Positions 62,976-64,000 of a stretch of 64,000 nucleotides of DNA are shown here, in pieces. This stretch comes from Bacteroidales bacterium UBA1187 (GTDB lineage Bacteria > Bacteroidota > Bacteroidia > Bacteroidales > Paludibacteraceae), in NCBI GenBank assembly GCA_002309835.1, contig DBYL01000019.1:5937-69936 (forward strand), read 5' to 3'. A program made the position numbers and the translations under genes. The notes beneath the pieces were generated by a model that searched no databases, was not told where the DNA came from, and was given only the letters and a program-made list of their open reading frames with translations. Numbering within the stretch: the stretch's first letter is position 1; each line of letters begins with the position of its first letter.

Positions 62976-64000
62976 ATGGCTCTCCCCTTCATGACAGCCG
63001 AAGAGGCTGCCGAGTTGATACAACATGGTGACGTCTTGGGCATGGGTGGTTTTACTGCCACCGGTGTGCCCAAGGCCGTTCCTTTTGCTTTGGCGCAACG
63101 CGCAGAGCGTCTGCATGCCAAAGGCAAACCGTTCCGCGTAGGCTTGGAGACAGGTGCCTCTATGGGCGACAGTTGTGATGGTGCTTTAGCGCGTGCTCAT
63201 GCTGTCGAGTTCCGTACGCCGTATCAGTCCAATAAGTCGATGCGAGAGGAGATCAATGCCGAAGGTACGCATTATTTCGATATGCACCTCTCGCACATGG
63301 CGCAGGACTTGCGTTATGGATTCCTCCCGCGTCCGAAATTTGCGATCATCGAGGCTTCGTATGTAGGAGAAGACGGTGTGATCGTGCCTGCTGCCGGTGT
63401 AGGTATCATGCCTACTATCTGTAACATGGCCGAGAAAATCATCATCGAGCTCAATGAGATGTTCCCCGTAACTATGCGTGGCATGCATGATCTCTATGAA
63501 CCGCTCGATCCGCCTTACCGCAAAGAGATACCTATCTACAAGCCCTCCGATCGCTGCGGCTCAGATCATCTGAAGGTCGATCCGAAGAAGATTGCGGCTG
63601 TAGTACGCACCAATCGTCCGAACGAGATAGCGGCTTTCACGCCGGTCGATGCGACTACTGCAAAGATCGGTGAGAACGTAGCGCTCTTCCTCGAGAAAGA
63701 GATGCATGAAGGACGTATCCCGAGTACCTTCCTGCCAATCCAATCCGGTGTCGGCAACGTAGCTAACGCCGTGCTTGGAGAGCTGGGTAAGAACCCGCAT
63801 ATTCCGCCTTTTGAGATGTATTCCGAAGTTGTTCAGGACTCCGTAGTAGATCTCATCAAAGCCGGGCATTGTAAGTTCGCTTCCGGTTGCTCGCTACGTT
63901 TGGTAGAAGGCAAGATGGCGGAAGTGCTGGCGGACCTTGATTTCTTCCGTGATAAGTTGCTGCTTCGTCCGCAAGAGACATCCAACAACCCTGAAATCAT
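62976..64000 (+). CDS. Acetyl-CoA hydrolase/transferase family protein (succinate CoA-transferase-like), 3'-truncated by the window edge
   Basis: Not in the ORF track because there is no stop before the window end. ATG at 62976 is 2 nt after the fba stop. My translation reads MALPFMTAEEAAELIQHGDVLGMGGFTATGVPKAV...FLPIQSGVGNVANAVL..., typical of the Cat1/ScpC family. Confidence 0.8.
   Translation, partial: MALPFMTAEEAAELIQHGDVLGMGGFTATGVPKAVPFALAQRAERLHAKGKPFRVGLETGASMGDSCDGALARAHAVEFRTPYQSNKSMREEINAEGTHYFDMHLSHMAQDLRYGFLPRPKFAIIEASYVGEDGVIVPAAGVGIMPTICNMAEKIIIELNEMFPVTMRGMHDLYEPLDPPYRKEIPIYKPSDRCGSDHLKVDPKKIAAVVRTNRPNEIAAFTPVDATTAKIGENVALFLEKEMHEGRIPSTFLPIQSGVGNVANAVLGELGKNPHIPPFEMYSEVVQDSVVDLIKAGHCKFASGCSLRLVEGKMAEVLADLDFFRDKLLLRPQETSNNPEI

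Noticed and set aside
1-64000. Search for CRISPR arrays, rRNA genes, integrases, transposases, IS ends, prophage genes and reverse transcriptases
   Set aside because: I saw no regularly spaced direct repeats and no ORF with recombinase, transposase or RT motifs. The only RNA gene I can fold is tRNA-Pro.

Overview
This 64-kb window looks like a Bacteroidota (Bacteroidales-like) chromosome. Evidence: 14 promoters of the Bacteroides type (-33 TTTG / -7 TAnnTTTG), Gln at +1 of predicted signal-peptide cleavage sites, a canonical T9SS C-terminal domain, and gldB- and porW/sprE-like genes. About 60 genes sit in long co-directional arrays. Most of the window is ordinary housekeeping: tsaB, miaB, greA, psuK-psuG, trmD-yidD-rnpA, asd, acpP-fabF, mutL, mreBCD-mrdA-rodA, mnmG, apt, uvrC, tsaE, sufS, nadA, corA, rsmA, fba, one tRNA-Pro(GGG), and a 3'-truncated CoA-transferase gene absent from the ORF track. 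Two regions stand out. (1) nt 2-13453 is a tight seven-gene block of exported proteins with no recognisable enzymes. It includes a 1686-aa T9SS cargo built from ten tandem ~120-aa repeats, three proteins sharing a short C-terminal tail motif, shared Cys-anchored modules, an odd bitopic Trp/Asp-rich membrane protein, and a beta-barrel protein with a TolA-like helical spacer. A PorW/SprE-like lipoprotein gene follows it. (2) nt ~55516-60219 is a visibly AT-richer five-gene island. It encodes an autoinhibited HTH-Fic enzyme, a very divergent AAG/Mpg-like (3-methyladenine glycosylase fold) protein, an agmatine-deiminase-like domain fused to an unknown ~245-aa domain, a 59-aa protein and an exported protein. 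I cannot place this combination in any named system, so it is my best candidate for an undescribed module. There are also two promoter-plus-terminator units that look like short RNAs or attenuators (the greA leader and upstream of psuK). I found no CRISPR array, rRNA, integrase or transposase. All family calls come from reading motifs by eye; no database search was run.
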